Source: Tannerellaceae bacterium
GTDB taxonomy: Bacteria; Bacteroidota; Bacteroidia; Bacteroidales; Tannerellaceae
NCBI GenBank assembly: GCA_031280435.1
Contig: JAITGS010000015.1
Coordinates: 10,946 to 74,945 of the forward strand
Direction of reading: 5' to 3'
DNA: 64,000 nt
Part shown: piece after piece, positions 40,287 through 49,870 of the stretch
Numbering within the stretch: the stretch's first letter is position 1
Layout: every line of letters begins with the position of its first letter
The notes under the pieces: generated by a model
Told to the model about the DNA's origin: nothing
Databases searched by the model: none
What the model saw: only the letters and a program-made list of their open reading frames with translations
Program-made: the position numbers and the translations under genes

Positions 40287-40700
40287 TGCAAACAGAGTGC
40301 TCGGTTTGTATGATTTTCTTTGAAACGAAGTAAACAGAGTGCTCTGTTGCATGTTTTTCTTTGAAACGGGGCAAACATGGCACTCGGTTTGGCCTCTTTT
40401 CTTCGAAATGGGGCAAACAGAGCACTCGGTTTGGCCTCTTTTCTTCGAAATGGGGCAAACAGAGCACTCGGTTTGGCCCTTTTTCTTTGAAACGAGGCAA
40501 ACAGAGCACTCGGTTTGTCCCTTTTTCTTTGAAACGAGGCAAACAGAGCACTCGGTTTGTCCCTTTTTCTTTGAAACGAGGCAAACAGAGCACTCGGTTT
40601 GGCCCTTTTCTTTGGAATGAGGCAAACAGAGCACTCGGTTTGGCCCTTTTTCTTTGGAATGGGGCAAACATAGCACTCGGTTCGGCCCTTTTCTTTACAA
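40287..40700. repeat. Tandem array F, 42-bp period (two 41-bp steps), about 10 units
   Basis: Anchors at 40298, 40340, 40381, 40423, 40465, 40507, 40549, 40591, 40632, 40674; unit gggcaaacagagcactcggtttggcctcttttcttcgaaatg. Confidence 0.95.
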
Positions 40701-40772
40701 ACAGGCCAAGATCGCTCCGTGTTGTATCACATTTTTTGAGATTAGTTTAGCATTGTCAAGGATTGAGGCTGT

Positions 40773-40818
40773 AAAAAAAATAAAGGGCCGTAGGATATGG
40801 CATCCGGCGGCCCTTTTT
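40773..40818 (-). terminator. Intrinsic terminator after the MBL hydrolase
   Basis: aaagggccg...cggcccttt stem with an A-tract on the left (U-tract for the minus transcript). Confidence 0.6.
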
Positions 40819-40841
40819 CAGACAGATATGCTACTGTCGTG

Positions 40842-41702
40842 TCAGAATCCTGTAAAACGATATCCGCCGGTTGAGGGGTCGTTCTCCACTTTGCCCATTC
40901 CATTGAGGGGGATATGCATTCCGGCCACGGGAAGGCTGTGTCGAACTACATATTCAAGAACTTCCTTGCGGGATTTGATCGCTTCGGCCGGATCGACGTC
41001 GTACGTCAGCGCTACTTGCGGGCATGGCATCTGAACGGCCATTGCATGTGTGAGATCGCCCCAAATCAAGAGTTTTTCAGCTCCGGATTCGAGCAAATAT
41101 GCAATGTGGCCAGGCGTGTGACCGTATGCTGCATAGGCTTTTAGGCCGGGGATAATGGGGTCGGCACTGCCTCCGAGAGTTGCGGGTTCAAAAATATGAA
41201 TCCGGCCTTTATATGCCTCGAAAACCTTTCGTGCCTGTTCTCCCCTGGCTGCTGTCGTCCAATAATCATATTCTTTTTGTGACAAATAGACATGGGCGTT
41301 GGGAAATACGGCTGTTTCGTTTTTCATCATCCCGCCAATGTGATCGCCGTGGCAATGCGTGAGCAGGATGCCGTCGATTTGCTCCGGCTTTAGCTTGCCA
41401 GCTTCGAGGTTGGAGATGAGCTTCCCCATTCCGGCGTCAATCAGTACGTTGCGACCTTGGGATTGTACGAGGTAGGCATGAATTGCGTTAGGGAAAGTGC
41501 CGTCGGGCGCATAGCGCTCCAGGATTTCGGCTGTGGCGCCTATAAGCAGGGCCTTATTGCCTTGCCCCCGGCTTTCGGTGAGGGTTGTCACGACGTACTG
41601 CCCAACTTTCCGGGAGAAAATGGCTGAGTTTTGAGCCTGGCTTAGTCCGGGCAGATTCACTAAAATGGTGACAGTTGCTAATAGAATCAAACAGTTTTTC
41701 AT
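40842..41702 (-). CDS. MBL-fold metallo-hydrolase, signal peptide
   Basis: LIDAG, THCHGDHIGG, GHTPGH, WGDL, GMH; TATCTTTG box at 41735-41742. Confidence 0.9.
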   Translation of the reverse strand: MKNCLILLATVTILVNLPGLSQAQNSAIFSRKVGQYVVTTLTESRGQGNKALLIGATAEILERYAPDGTFPNAIHAYLVQSQGRNVLIDAGMGKLISNLEAGKLKPEQIDGILLTHCHGDHIGGMMKNETAVFPNAHVYLSQKEYDYWTTAARGEQARKVFEAYKGRIHIFEPATLGGSADPIIPGLKAYAAYGHTPGHIAYLLESGAEKLLIWGDLTHAMAVQMPCPQVALTYDVDPAEAIKSRKEVLEYVVRHSLPVAGMHIPLNGMGKVENDPSTGGYRFTGF

Positions 41703-41854
41703 ACTTATCAGAGTTATTAAATTATATGTTCATGCAAAGATAAATGATTGCCGAGGGCATTTCAAATTGGTTGGATTGCGGCTTGAGGAAGGCGGGGCCG
41801 GCTATCTTAGATATAAAAACTGTATTTTTGTATATAAATCAAAATAAAGAAACA

Positions 41855-43072
41855 ATGAAAGATTTTATTATTACTGAAGCACAGACTGAAAAGGCCGTAC
41901 TGGTGGGCCTGATGACGCCGCAGCAGAATGACTCTAAAGTGGATGAATATCTCGACGAGCTGGCTTTTCTTGCGGAAACCGCCGGCATGACAGCGGTGAA
42001 AAGATTTAAACAGCGCTTGGATTCTCCTAATCGGACAACATTCGTGGGGTCGGGTAAGTTGCAGGAGATTAAAAGTTTTCTGGTAGAAAGCGAGGCTGAT
42101 ATTGTTATTTTTGACGATGAATTGTCGGCAAAGCAGCTCAGGAATATAGAAAAAGAGCTTCAGGTGATGATTCTCGACCGCACGAGCCTAATCCTCGACA
42201 TTTTTGCAAGGCGGGCGCAGACTGCTTATGCTAAAACGCAGGTGGAATTGGCTAAATATCAATACATGTTGCCCAGATTAACGAGACTTTGGACGCATCT
42301 TGAGAGGCAAAGCGGAGGCAGCCGATACCTTAGAGGCCCGGGCGAGACGCAATTGGAAACAGACAGGAGAATTATACAGACGAAGGTTGCCAAATTGAAA
42401 CGCGACCTCGAAGAGATTGACCGACAGATGATAACTCAGCGTAAAAATCGAGGAAAGATGGTCAGAACGGCGCTGGTTGGATACACTAATGTGGGCAAAT
42501 CGACGCTGATGAATATACTTTGCAAGAGTGAAGTTTTTGCTGAGGACAAGCTGTTTGCAACGCTCGACACAACGGTCAGGAAGATGATTGTGGGGAACCT
42601 GCCGTTCTTGCTGTCGGACACGGTGGGCTTTATCCGTAAGCTGCCGACCGAACTTGTTGAGTCGTTTAAGTCTACCCTCGACGAAGTGCGCGAGGCCGAT
42701 TTGCTGCTACACATTGTCGACATATCCCACCCCGGATTCGAGGAGCAGATAGAGGTGGTGGAGAAGACTTTGGCTGAAATCGGCGGAGGGGATAAGCCTG
42801 TTATTACAATATTTAATAAGGTAGACGCCTTTACTTTTGTTCCGAAAGCGGAGGACGATCTGACGCCGCGAACTAAGGAAAACGCAAGCCTTGAGGAGCT
42901 TGAGCACACGTGGATGAACAAAATGGGAGACAACGGCATCTTCATTTCGGCTAAGAATCTCACTAATATCGACCGGCTTAAGAATCTTTTATATGAGAGA
43001 GTTAAGGAGATACACATCTCTCGCTACCCGTACAACGATTTTCTTTATCAACAATACGAGGAGGAGTGCTGA
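41855..43072 (+). CDS. hflX: GTPase HflX
   Basis: ILDIFARRA, GPGETQLETDRR, VGYTNVGKST, LFATLD, DTVGFI, NKVD; start ATG 41855 after a TATTTTTG box. Confidence 0.95.
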   Translation: MKDFIITEAQTEKAVLVGLMTPQQNDSKVDEYLDELAFLAETAGMTAVKRFKQRLDSPNRTTFVGSGKLQEIKSFLVESEADIVIFDDELSAKQLRNIEKELQVMILDRTSLILDIFARRAQTAYAKTQVELAKYQYMLPRLTRLWTHLERQSGGSRYLRGPGETQLETDRRIIQTKVAKLKRDLEEIDRQMITQRKNRGKMVRTALVGYTNVGKSTLMNILCKSEVFAEDKLFATLDTTVRKMIVGNLPFLLSDTVGFIRKLPTELVESFKSTLDEVREADLLLHIVDISHPGFEEQIEVVEKTLAEIGGGDKPVITIFNKVDAFTFVPKAEDDLTPRTKENASLEELEHTWMNKMGDNGIFISAKNLTNIDRLKNLLYERVKEIHISRYPYNDFLYQQYEEEC

Positions 43073-43159
43073 TAAAAAAGGGAGAAAAAAGCTGGAGACT
43101 GTTTCACATTCGTTTAAAAGAATTAATTTTGCCCCCGCAAATAAAAACAAGTAATCGCA

Positions 43160-43747
43160 ATGGACAAAATCAGTTATGCGCTTGGGCTCAGCATAGGCAA
43201 CAATTTCCTGGGAACAGGAATCGAGAGCTTGAACCCGGCGGACTTTACCAAAGGCGTTAGCGACGTGATGAACGGTTGCAAGCCGGAAATCAGCTACGAA
43301 GAGGCAAAAAAAATAATAGACAAACTTTTCAACGATATTCAAATGAAGAACAGTGAGCTTAATCTGAAAGCCGGCGAAGAATTTCTTAGGATAAACAAGA
43401 ATAAAGCCGGAGTGAACGAACTCCCAAGCGGGCTGCAATACGAAATCCTCAGCGAGGGAGAAGGCAATCGGCCTACTGCTAACGATAAAGTCAGATGTCA
43501 CTACCACGGCACCTTAATCAACGGAACCGTTTTCGACAGTTCCATACAGCGCGGCAAACCGGCCGAGTTCAAGATTAAGGAAGTGATCGCAGGATGGTCG
43601 GAGGCACTCCCAATGATGAAGGTCGGAGCCAAATGGAGACTCTTTATCCCATCATCGCTGGCCTACGGGAACAGGAAAGTGGGAGACACGATTGAAGCCA
43701 ACAGCACATTAGTGTTTGATGTAGAATTATTAGATATTATAAAATAG
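43160..43747 (+). CDS. FKBP-type peptidyl-prolyl isomerase
   Basis: SYALG, LPSGLQY, HYHGTL.NG.VFDSS, VIAGW.EAL, LAYG, FDVELL. Confidence 0.93.
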   Translation: MDKISYALGLSIGNNFLGTGIESLNPADFTKGVSDVMNGCKPEISYEEAKKIIDKLFNDIQMKNSELNLKAGEEFLRINKNKAGVNELPSGLQYEILSEGEGNRPTANDKVRCHYHGTLINGTVFDSSIQRGKPAEFKIKEVIAGWSEALPMMKVGAKWRLFIPSSLAYGNRKVGDTIEANSTLVFDVELLDIIK

Positions 43748-44476
43748 ATGAAAATGAAAAAGATTAGTATTAGTGTTTTAGTCGCCGCCATATTGGTGGC
43801 CGCAGGCTTATCGACAGCCTCATGTGATTCGGTAAAAAAAGCCAAGTTAAGCAACGATGTGGATAGCGTTAGCTACGCTGTCGGACTCAATCAAGGTGCA
43901 TCCATTCAGAGCCAGTTGCCAAGCGTTCCGGGTGGGCCTCTCAACCTCGACGACATGATTGCAGGCTTCATTGCCGGCATCCAAAACGATTCAACGAAAA
44001 TGAAGATGACTGTGGCGGAAGCGCAAGCCTACATGCAGCAATGGTTCCCGCAAGCACAGGCCAGAGAAGGCGAAAAAACAAGAGCCGAAGGAACCAAGTT
44101 CCTCGAAGAGAACAAAACAAAGAGCGGCGTAGTCACCACGGAAAGCGGCTTGCAGTACCAGGTGATCACCGAAGGCTCCGGAATCAAACCTAAGGCTACC
44201 GACACGGTGAAGGTGCATTACACAGGCACCCTGCTCGACGGCTCGGAATTTGACTCATCGGCCGGCGGCGAGCCTGTTACATTTGCGCTCAACCAGGTAA
44301 TTCCCGGATGGACTGAAGGTTTGCAGATAATGCCTCAAGGTTCGAAGTATATCTTCTGGATTCCTTCGGATATGGCCTACGGCGAACGCGGCAGTTATAA
44401 TATTAAGCCCAACAGTCTGCTTAAATTCGAAGTAGAGCTACTCGAAGTCTTCCAAGACAAGACAGCTCAGCCTTGA
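43748..44476 (+). CDS. FKBP-type peptidyl-prolyl isomerase lipoprotein
   Basis: Lipobox TASC; [33 protein letters not shown]. Confidence 0.93.
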   Translation: MKMKKISISVLVAAILVAAGLSTASCDSVKKAKLSNDVDSVSYAVGLNQGASIQSQLPSVPGGPLNLDDMIAGFIAGIQNDSTKMKMTVAEAQAYMQQWFPQAQAREGEKTRAEGTKFLEENKTKSGVVTTESGLQYQVITEGSGIKPKATDTVKVHYTGTLLDGSEFDSSAGGEPVTFALNQVIPGWTEGLQIMPQGSKYIFWIPSDMAYGERGSYNIKPNSLLKFEVELLEVFQDKTAQP

Positions 44477-44507
44477 GATAGAATTTCATATAATCTAAAC
44501 TGACGAG

Positions 44508-44554
44508 GCAGGCGCTCAATTCGGTTCATCCCGATTGGCGCCTGCTTTTATTTT
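44508..44554 (+). terminator. Intrinsic terminator
   Basis: gcaggcgc...gcgcctgc stem followed by ttttatttt. Confidence 0.6.
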
Positions 44555-44636
44555 GGCGTGCAGAGCACATTCCGACACGAACGCTCTGCTGCCTGTAACA
44601 TTAGGGTGATGTTTAGTGAGAGATGATGGAGGTTAC

Positions 44637-44694
44637 TCGCTCCTCAATACAAGTCATTCCCGCGAAGGCGGGAATGACTTGTATTGAGGAGCGA
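44637..44694. repeat. Perfect 27-bp-stem palindrome with ATTCCC-N8-GGGAAT core
   Basis: tcgctcctcaatacaagtcattcccgc-gaag-gcgggaatgacttgtattgaggagcga; same core as the 5717-5902 element. Confidence 0.9.
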
Positions 44695-44709
44695 AAGGAT
44701 TTGCAGGGC

Positions 44710-45165
44710 CTATTCGGTTTGCAACAGCGCTTTCACTGTGTCGGAGATGAGGCGGCCGGGCGCTTTGCCGGCGAGCAATTTGTTGGCGGCGCCCATCACC
44801 TTGCCCATGTCTTTGATGCCCTGTGCACCTGTTTCGGCTATTATGCCCTCAATGACGGCGCGGAGCTCGTCGGCGGAGAGCTGCTTGGGGAGGTAGGCTT
44901 CTATGACGGCTGCCTCGGCAAGCTCGTTTTCGGCAAGTTCGGCCCGGTTCTGCGACGTGAATATGTCGGCGCTTTCACGTCGCTGCTTGAGCATTTTCTG
45001 AAGGATAAGGACGGCCTTCTCGTCGCTCAGTTCGCCATCGCCTCCCTTAGCCGTTTTTGCTTCCAGAAATTCCTTTTTTATGCCTCTAAGAGCTTGCAGC
45101 CTCACTGTTTCGCGAGCCAGCATGGCCGCCTTAATATCTGCACTTACTTGATCGAACAAATTCAT
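44710..45165 (-). CDS. GatB/YqeY domain protein
   Basis: DIKAAM.A, KQRRESA..F, YLPKQLS, KDMGKVMG. Confidence 0.92.
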   Translation of the reverse strand: MNLFDQVSADIKAAMLARETVRLQALRGIKKEFLEAKTAKGGDGELSDEKAVLILQKMLKQRRESADIFTSQNRAELAENELAEAAVIEAYLPKQLSADELRAVIEGIIAETGAQGIKDMGKVMGAANKLLAGKAPGRLISDTVKALLQTE

Positions 45166-45195
45166 CTGTGTACTGTTTTATATGGATTAATACTT

Positions 45196-45316
45196 GGGGA
45201 CTTCCAATAATTAGATTTTTCAAGGCTTGCGACAGAGGCAAAAGCGGAGTGTACTTTAGTACATGAGCATTTTGCCGACGAGCATAACGCAGAAAAAGCA
45301 ATTATTCGAAGTTCCC
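45196..45316. mobile_element. Miniature inverted-repeat element (about 121 bp)
   Basis: 17-bp TIRs ggggacttccaataatt / aattattcgaagttccc (15/17 match); internal hairpin ggcaaaa...gtactttagtac...ttttgcc. Confidence 0.65.
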
Positions 45317-45318
45317 AT

Positions 45319-46584
45319 TTAGAATTCTATGGCTGTTGAGCCGCCTTTGGATGCTATCGGCGGCTCTGCATGGCGTATAGATCGTTTGGAGCGTTCACGG
45401 TATTCTTTCACCACCTTCGGGTCGCGGCGGAATGTAGGGTATTCTTCAATCATGGAGATAGCCTCGTCGCTATCGAGATCGGCCATGGAGAGGACGAGGT
45501 ATTCGGGAGCGACGGTAACGGCAACGTCGTACATCTTCTGGATGCGCTTGTCGTCTTCTTCGCGCCTGATGCGGGTGCCGGGGAAGTCGTCTATCACGTC
45601 TTTGATGCCGAAGCCGGCAGCAAGGAGGGTGAACTTAACCTTAGCCTCCAGCGTTTCATCTATCATTGTACCCCAAATCACTTCGCAGTCCACCCGCTCG
45701 TGGAATCTCGACATGTAGTCGTCAATCTCGTCCATCTCCTCCATGGTGAGTTCGGCTTCCGGGCTGAAGGATATGTTGAAGAGGAGGCGCTGGGCGGTAT
45801 AGACGTCGTTGTTGTTGAGCAGCGGCGATTTGATGGCGTCGCTGATGGCGTCGCGCACTCGCCTTGGGCCCTCTCCGTAGCCATTGCTGATGAGCGCCAC
45901 GCCGCCGTCTTTGAGGGTGGTGTTAACATCGGCAAAGTCTATATTGATTACTCCCTGGCGGGTGATGATTTCGGCTATGCTCTTGGCTGCAACGGCAAGT
46001 GTGTCGTCGGCCTTGGCGAAGGCCTCCGGGACGGTGGCGTTAGGGAAGAGATGTCGCAGGCGCTCGTTGTTGATGATGAGCAGAGCGTCGACGTTGCGAT
46101 TGATTTCATCTACTCCGTCGAGCGCCTGTAAGATCTTGTTCCGTCCTTCGAAGAAGAAAGGAATGGTAACTATGCCGACGGTCAGTATGCCCATCTCCCT
46201 GGCCGTACGTGCAATGACGGGTGCGGCTCCGGTTCCGGTTCCTCCTCCCATCCCTGCTGTGATGAAAACCATGTCGGTGCCGTCGCTCAGCAGGCGCTTG
46301 ATGTCGTCTATGCTGGCTTCCGCAGCTTCCTTGGCTTTCATGGGCCGGTTGCCGGCGCCAAGTCCTTTGGTTATTGATTCGCCGAGGACGAACTTATTAG
46401 GTACGCTTGATTGCTTCAGGGCTTGCTTATCGGTATTGCAAAGGAGGAAGGTTACGTCGTGTATGCCTTTCTTGTACATGTGGGTTACGGCATTGCCTCC
46501 GCCTCCGCCCACGCCTATTACTTTAATTATCTTGGGTTCTTCAACGTTCAATATGAAGTTCTCGTCTATTGTATCGTTCATCAT
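45319..46584 (-). CDS. ftsZ: Cell division protein FtsZ
   Basis: VIGVGGGGGNAV, NTD, GMGGGTGTG, T7 loop GVINIDFADV, Bacteroidetes-type tail LDSDEAISMIEEYPTFRR. Confidence 0.97.
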   Translation of the reverse strand: MMNDTIDENFILNVEEPKIIKVIGVGGGGGNAVTHMYKKGIHDVTFLLCNTDKQALKQSSVPNKFVLGESITKGLGAGNRPMKAKEAAEASIDDIKRLLSDGTDMVFITAGMGGGTGTGAAPVIARTAREMGILTVGIVTIPFFFEGRNKILQALDGVDEINRNVDALLIINNERLRHLFPNATVPEAFAKADDTLAVAAKSIAEIITRQGVINIDFADVNTTLKDGGVALISNGYGEGPRRVRDAISDAIKSPLLNNNDVYTAQRLLFNISFSPEAELTMEEMDEIDDYMSRFHERVDCEVIWGTMIDETLEAKVKFTLLAAGFGIKDVIDDFPGTRIRREEDDKRIQKMYDVAVTVAPEYLVLSMADLDSDEAISMIEEYPTFRRDPKVVKEYRERSKRSIRHAEPPIASKGGSTAIEF

Positions 46585-46620
46585 GGCTTTGCTGTGCTTG
46601 TGTGATGTTTGGAAATGTAT

Positions 46621-47301
46621 TCACTGTCCTATAAAGTTACGGATGTAAAAGCCGGCCTTGTAGAAAGCCTTAACGTCTTCGGCGCATATTGGCTGCCCGT
46701 CCTTGCCGCTTATGCCTGCCAGATTCTCTATGGCTCGCGCCAGCACATCGTCTGCCTTTTGAAGGGCCTCGCGTATGCTGAGATCCGGTTCTTGGAGAAG
46801 CAGTTCCTCGTTGGACAGCATAGAGGTCGAATCGGCCTGATCGCACATCTCGCAGTATCCGTTAACCGCATTGTACCGGGCAATGTGAGTCTCGGACTCG
46901 AACGGATAGCTCAAGAGGCCTACAACAGCCAGCCCCATCTTCTTGGCAATCTTGGCTATCACAGGAGCCGCTCCGGTTCCGGCGCCGCCTCCCAGGCATG
47001 CAACTACTATGGCCAATTGAGTTCCGTCGGACAGCAGGCGCTCAATGTCACCGGCGCTTGCTTCGGCTGCGTCATAGCCTATCTTAGGCCAACCGCCGGC
47101 TACGTGCCCCTTCATTATGCCTTCGCCTAAGCGATAGCATGGCAGGCTGAGCTGCTGCAGAGCGCAGCCGTCCGTATCGCAGGCAAGGAAGCTCACGGCG
47201 CGAAAGCCCCGACGGTTCAGCAGGTCGACCGCACGGCCGGCGCCGCCGCCCACGGCTATCACTTTAACGATCCTTTTCGTTCGACTCGTTTGATTCTTCA
47301 T
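46621..47301 (-). CDS. Truncated FtsZ paralog (GTPase N-domain through H8 only)
   Basis: KVIAVGGGAG, CDTD, AAEAS..DI.RLLSDGT, LGGGAGTGAAPVIA, KADD align to the neighbouring FtsZ; ends at 226 aa. Confidence 0.88.
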   Translation of the reverse strand: MKNQTSRTKRIVKVIAVGGGAGRAVDLLNRRGFRAVSFLACDTDGCALQQLSLPCYRLGEGIMKGHVAGGWPKIGYDAAEASAGDIERLLSDGTQLAIVVACLGGGAGTGAAPVIAKIAKKMGLAVVGLLSYPFESETHIARYNAVNGYCEMCDQADSTSMLSNEELLLQEPDLSIREALQKADDVLARAIENLAGISGKDGQPICAEDVKAFYKAGFYIRNFIGQ

Positions 47302-48745
47302 CTAACTTATTATTTTCTACGTTATCAAACATGTTCCTCATGGTTTGAACGGCGCTTTTGCCAAGCTTGTCGAGAAGTCCGGTCTTCTTCTTTTTATCCT
47401 TCTTCTCATTAGCGGCAGGCTTTTTCTCCTCGGCTTCTTCGGCAGGCACCTGCTTCTCTACCGGCGGTTGCACAACAACGACGGCCGGTTGAGGAGCCGT
47501 CGACTGAGTAGCTGCCGGCGCATGAGTGGGATTGAAGATAGGGCCGGGAGGCTTGGCTACATTAGCCGAGCAGTTGATATAATTGCGATCGCCCTGTATC
47601 AGCAAGCCCAAGGACAGGTTGTCCGGCGTCATGTCCGGATGATGGCCACGGACATCTATATCGCGACGCAGGCCGGCTATGTGACTGACGTTCATGCCGA
47701 GGCAGTCGGCCAGCACAGCATCCATCCTGCGCAGGCGGCTTGCATTGCCGGTAACGAACAGGCCGGCGCGCAGTATATGCTTCAGGCTGTGCGTCTCGCT
47801 CTCTCCGGTCATGTCCTTGAGCCGGGCCGTAACGTTCTCGCATATCTCGCGCTGACGAGCGGCTATGACATCGTAAAATTCTTTGTTGGGAATGACGCGG
47901 AGCTCCTTCTTGTCCATGGTTGTAACGCTGATGATGCTTGCATTATCGTCTGCGGGGACAGCCTGTCCGTATTCGCGCTTGATATGCTCGGCGTCCGATT
48001 CGACCAGGCCGAAGTGCGTTGCAAGATCCTTGGTGATGAGCTGGCCTCCCATAGGCAGTACGCAGAGGCCGAGCAGCCTGCCGCGCTTGTATGCCGCTAC
48101 CGACGTTACTCCGGCTCCGAAGTCGACCAGGGCGCATCCCATCTCCTTCTCGTCTTCGGTGAGCACAGCCTCGGCTAATGCCAGCGGAGATACGAGGATC
48201 CCGGCCAGGCCATCCTTCAGTCCGGCGGCTTTGACGGCTTCCTCTATGCTGCTGCGAAATGAGCTGCGGAGAACGATACGCTGATACTCGGCGTCTAACT
48301 TTGAGCAATGAATACCGACCGGATTGGCTTCGAGCTGGCCGTCGAGATAGCAGGACGGCTCCGGTATGTCAAGCACGTCAAGCCCGTCAAGCCTGGGGAG
48401 CTGAGCCTTCAGCTCGTCGAGCAGCTCGTAGCTAACCGTTGAATTGCCGGACATCTGTCGGGAAACGATAGTTTTCTCGGAGCGAAGCGATTGCCCCCCT
48501 GCCCCAACGAACAGCTTGCTTATACGATTGCCCGGCATCTTTTGCTGAAGCTTTGATACAAGCTGCTTAATCTTGGCGCCTGCTTCATGAACATTGCGGA
48601 TGTTGCCGCGGCGAATACAGCCGGCCGCCTCTTCGGTCTCGTATGCAATTACGGTAAACGTGCCGTTGTTGTCGCGCTTACCAACTATGCCGCTCAGACG
48701 CGATGTGCCTAACCTGAGAGCTGCTATAAATTCTGCGTAAACCAT
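47264..48745 (-). CDS. ftsA: Cell division protein FtsA
   Basis: LGTS, CIRRG, GGQSLRS, SPLALAEAVL..DEKEMGCALVDFGAGVT, GGQLITKDL, AEHIK. Confidence 0.92.
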   Translation of the reverse strand: MVYAEFIAALRLGTSRLSGIVGKRDNNGTFTVIAYETEEAAGCIRRGNIRNVHEAGAKIKQLVSKLQQKMPGNRISKLFVGAGGQSLRSEKTIVSRQMSGNSTVSYELLDELKAQLPRLDGLDVLDIPEPSCYLDGQLEANPVGIHCSKLDAEYQRIVLRSSFRSSIEEAVKAAGLKDGLAGILVSPLALAEAVLTEDEKEMGCALVDFGAGVTSVAAYKRGRLLGLCVLPMGGQLITKDLATHFGLVESDAEHIKREYGQAVPADDNASIISVTTMDKKELRVIPNKEFYDVIAARQREICENVTARLKDMTGESETHSLKHILRAGLFVTGNASRLRRMDAVLADCLGMNVSHIAGLRRDIDVRGHHPDMTPDNLSLGLLIQGDRNYINCSANVAKPPGPIFNPTHAPAATQSTAPQPAVVVVQPPVEKQVPAEEAEEKKPAANEKKDKKKKTGLLDKLGKSAVQTMRNMFDNVENNKLDEESNESNEKDR

Positions 48746-48751
48746 AAGCTT

Positions 48752-49486
48752 TTATTTTTTGGTACATACAATCTGGTTCTTGTACTTTAAATTGATATTA
48801 CTGTATTTTTCCCACCCCATCTTGGGTATAGCCTGTTCGTAAAAGAGTTTTAAGTGATTCAGTTTCTCCTCAAAGCGTTCAAACCTGCCTAAAATAATCC
48901 GGTGATTGCCTGCCCTCGGAACGAGTTCGACTTCACCGTCGGGGCGAATGTAGATTTGTTCTATTTGATTATTCCAAAAATCGTGCTCCTGCAAATATAA
49001 TGCAAATTCATACAAGTCCGACGTAGCCAGGCTTTTTTCCACATAGCCGGCGGCAAGGGGCACGTATGTGGCGTATTTAGGGTTGGCCGGCATCATGCCT
49101 CCGTCGCGGTCGACGTAGTAGTCTGAGCCCGACGTCATCACCCGCAGAATTGGAACCTTTTCCGTGACGGACAGCTTCACAATGTTCGCGGGCGTTTTGT
49201 ATGCTTCAACATCCGACAGCAGGCCTATGCGCATAACTTCGAGCTCTATCCTGTCTGTATTGACAAGGCTAAGCGACTTGCCGACGGGATACAGGTCGGC
49301 TTTCTTAAGCGATGCAACAATGTCGGCCTCGCTTATGAGGGGCTTGTCGTTGCGGCTGCGGATCACGGTTTGCATCTCCAGGCATGTCTCCTCCCGCTCT
49401 GCTTTCTTCAGAAACACAGTGGCTATCACGATGTAAGCCAGGAGGCAGAGGGAAGCAATGACGGCTATAATACGGGGCATATTCAT
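48752..49486 (-). CDS. ftsQ: Cell division protein FtsQ (Bacteroidetes type)
   Basis: N-terminal TM; PILRV, FWNNQIEQI, ELVPR.G.H.I..G, GW.KY..INLKY.NQIVC; located before ftsA. Confidence 0.88.
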   Translation of the reverse strand: MNMPRIIAVIASLCLLAYIVIATVFLKKAEREETCLEMQTVIRSRNDKPLISEADIVASLKKADLYPVGKSLSLVNTDRIELEVMRIGLLSDVEAYKTPANIVKLSVTEKVPILRVMTSGSDYYVDRDGGMMPANPKYATYVPLAAGYVEKSLATSDLYEFALYLQEHDFWNNQIEQIYIRPDGEVELVPRAGNHRIILGRFERFEEKLNHLKLFYEQAIPKMGWEKYSNINLKYKNQIVCTKK

Positions 49487-49527
49487 GGCGGATTATTTAT
49501 GATTCGGCAGGGCTGATTTGCCTCCGG

Positions 49528-49870
49528 CAGCCCGTCGGCATGTGTAGATCCGCTGCGGAAAAAAATTTCAGCCCGTCGGCACGTGTAGATTCCTTGCGGG
49601 AAAAAATTTCAGCCTTTCGGCATGTGTAGATCCGCTGCGGAAAAAAATTTCGGCAGATCGGCATGTGTAGATCCGCTGCGGAAAAAAATTTCAGAAGATC
49701 GGCATGTGTAGATCCGCTGCGGAAAAAAATTTCAGAAGATCGGCATGTGTAGATCCGCTGCGGAAAAAAATTTCGCCGGATCGGCACTTGTAGATTCCTT
49801 GCGGAAAAAAATTTCAGCCGATCGGCATGTGTAGATTCCTTGCGGAAAAAAATTTCAGCCGATCTACATC
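49528..49870. repeat. Tandem array G, 41-bp period, 8 cores, inside the dcw operon
   Basis: gcgg cores at 49555, 49596 ... 49842; unit gcggaaaaaaatttcagaagatcggcatgtgtagatccgct. Confidence 0.96.

Noticed and set aside
40195-40290. Cobalamin riboswitch upstream of the BtuB-like receptor
   Set aside because: The promoter box is only about 30 bp from the start codon and no B12-box motif was seen.
44623-45210. 195-aa plus-strand ORF
   Set aside because: It runs through the palindrome and antisense to the well-supported YqeY gene.
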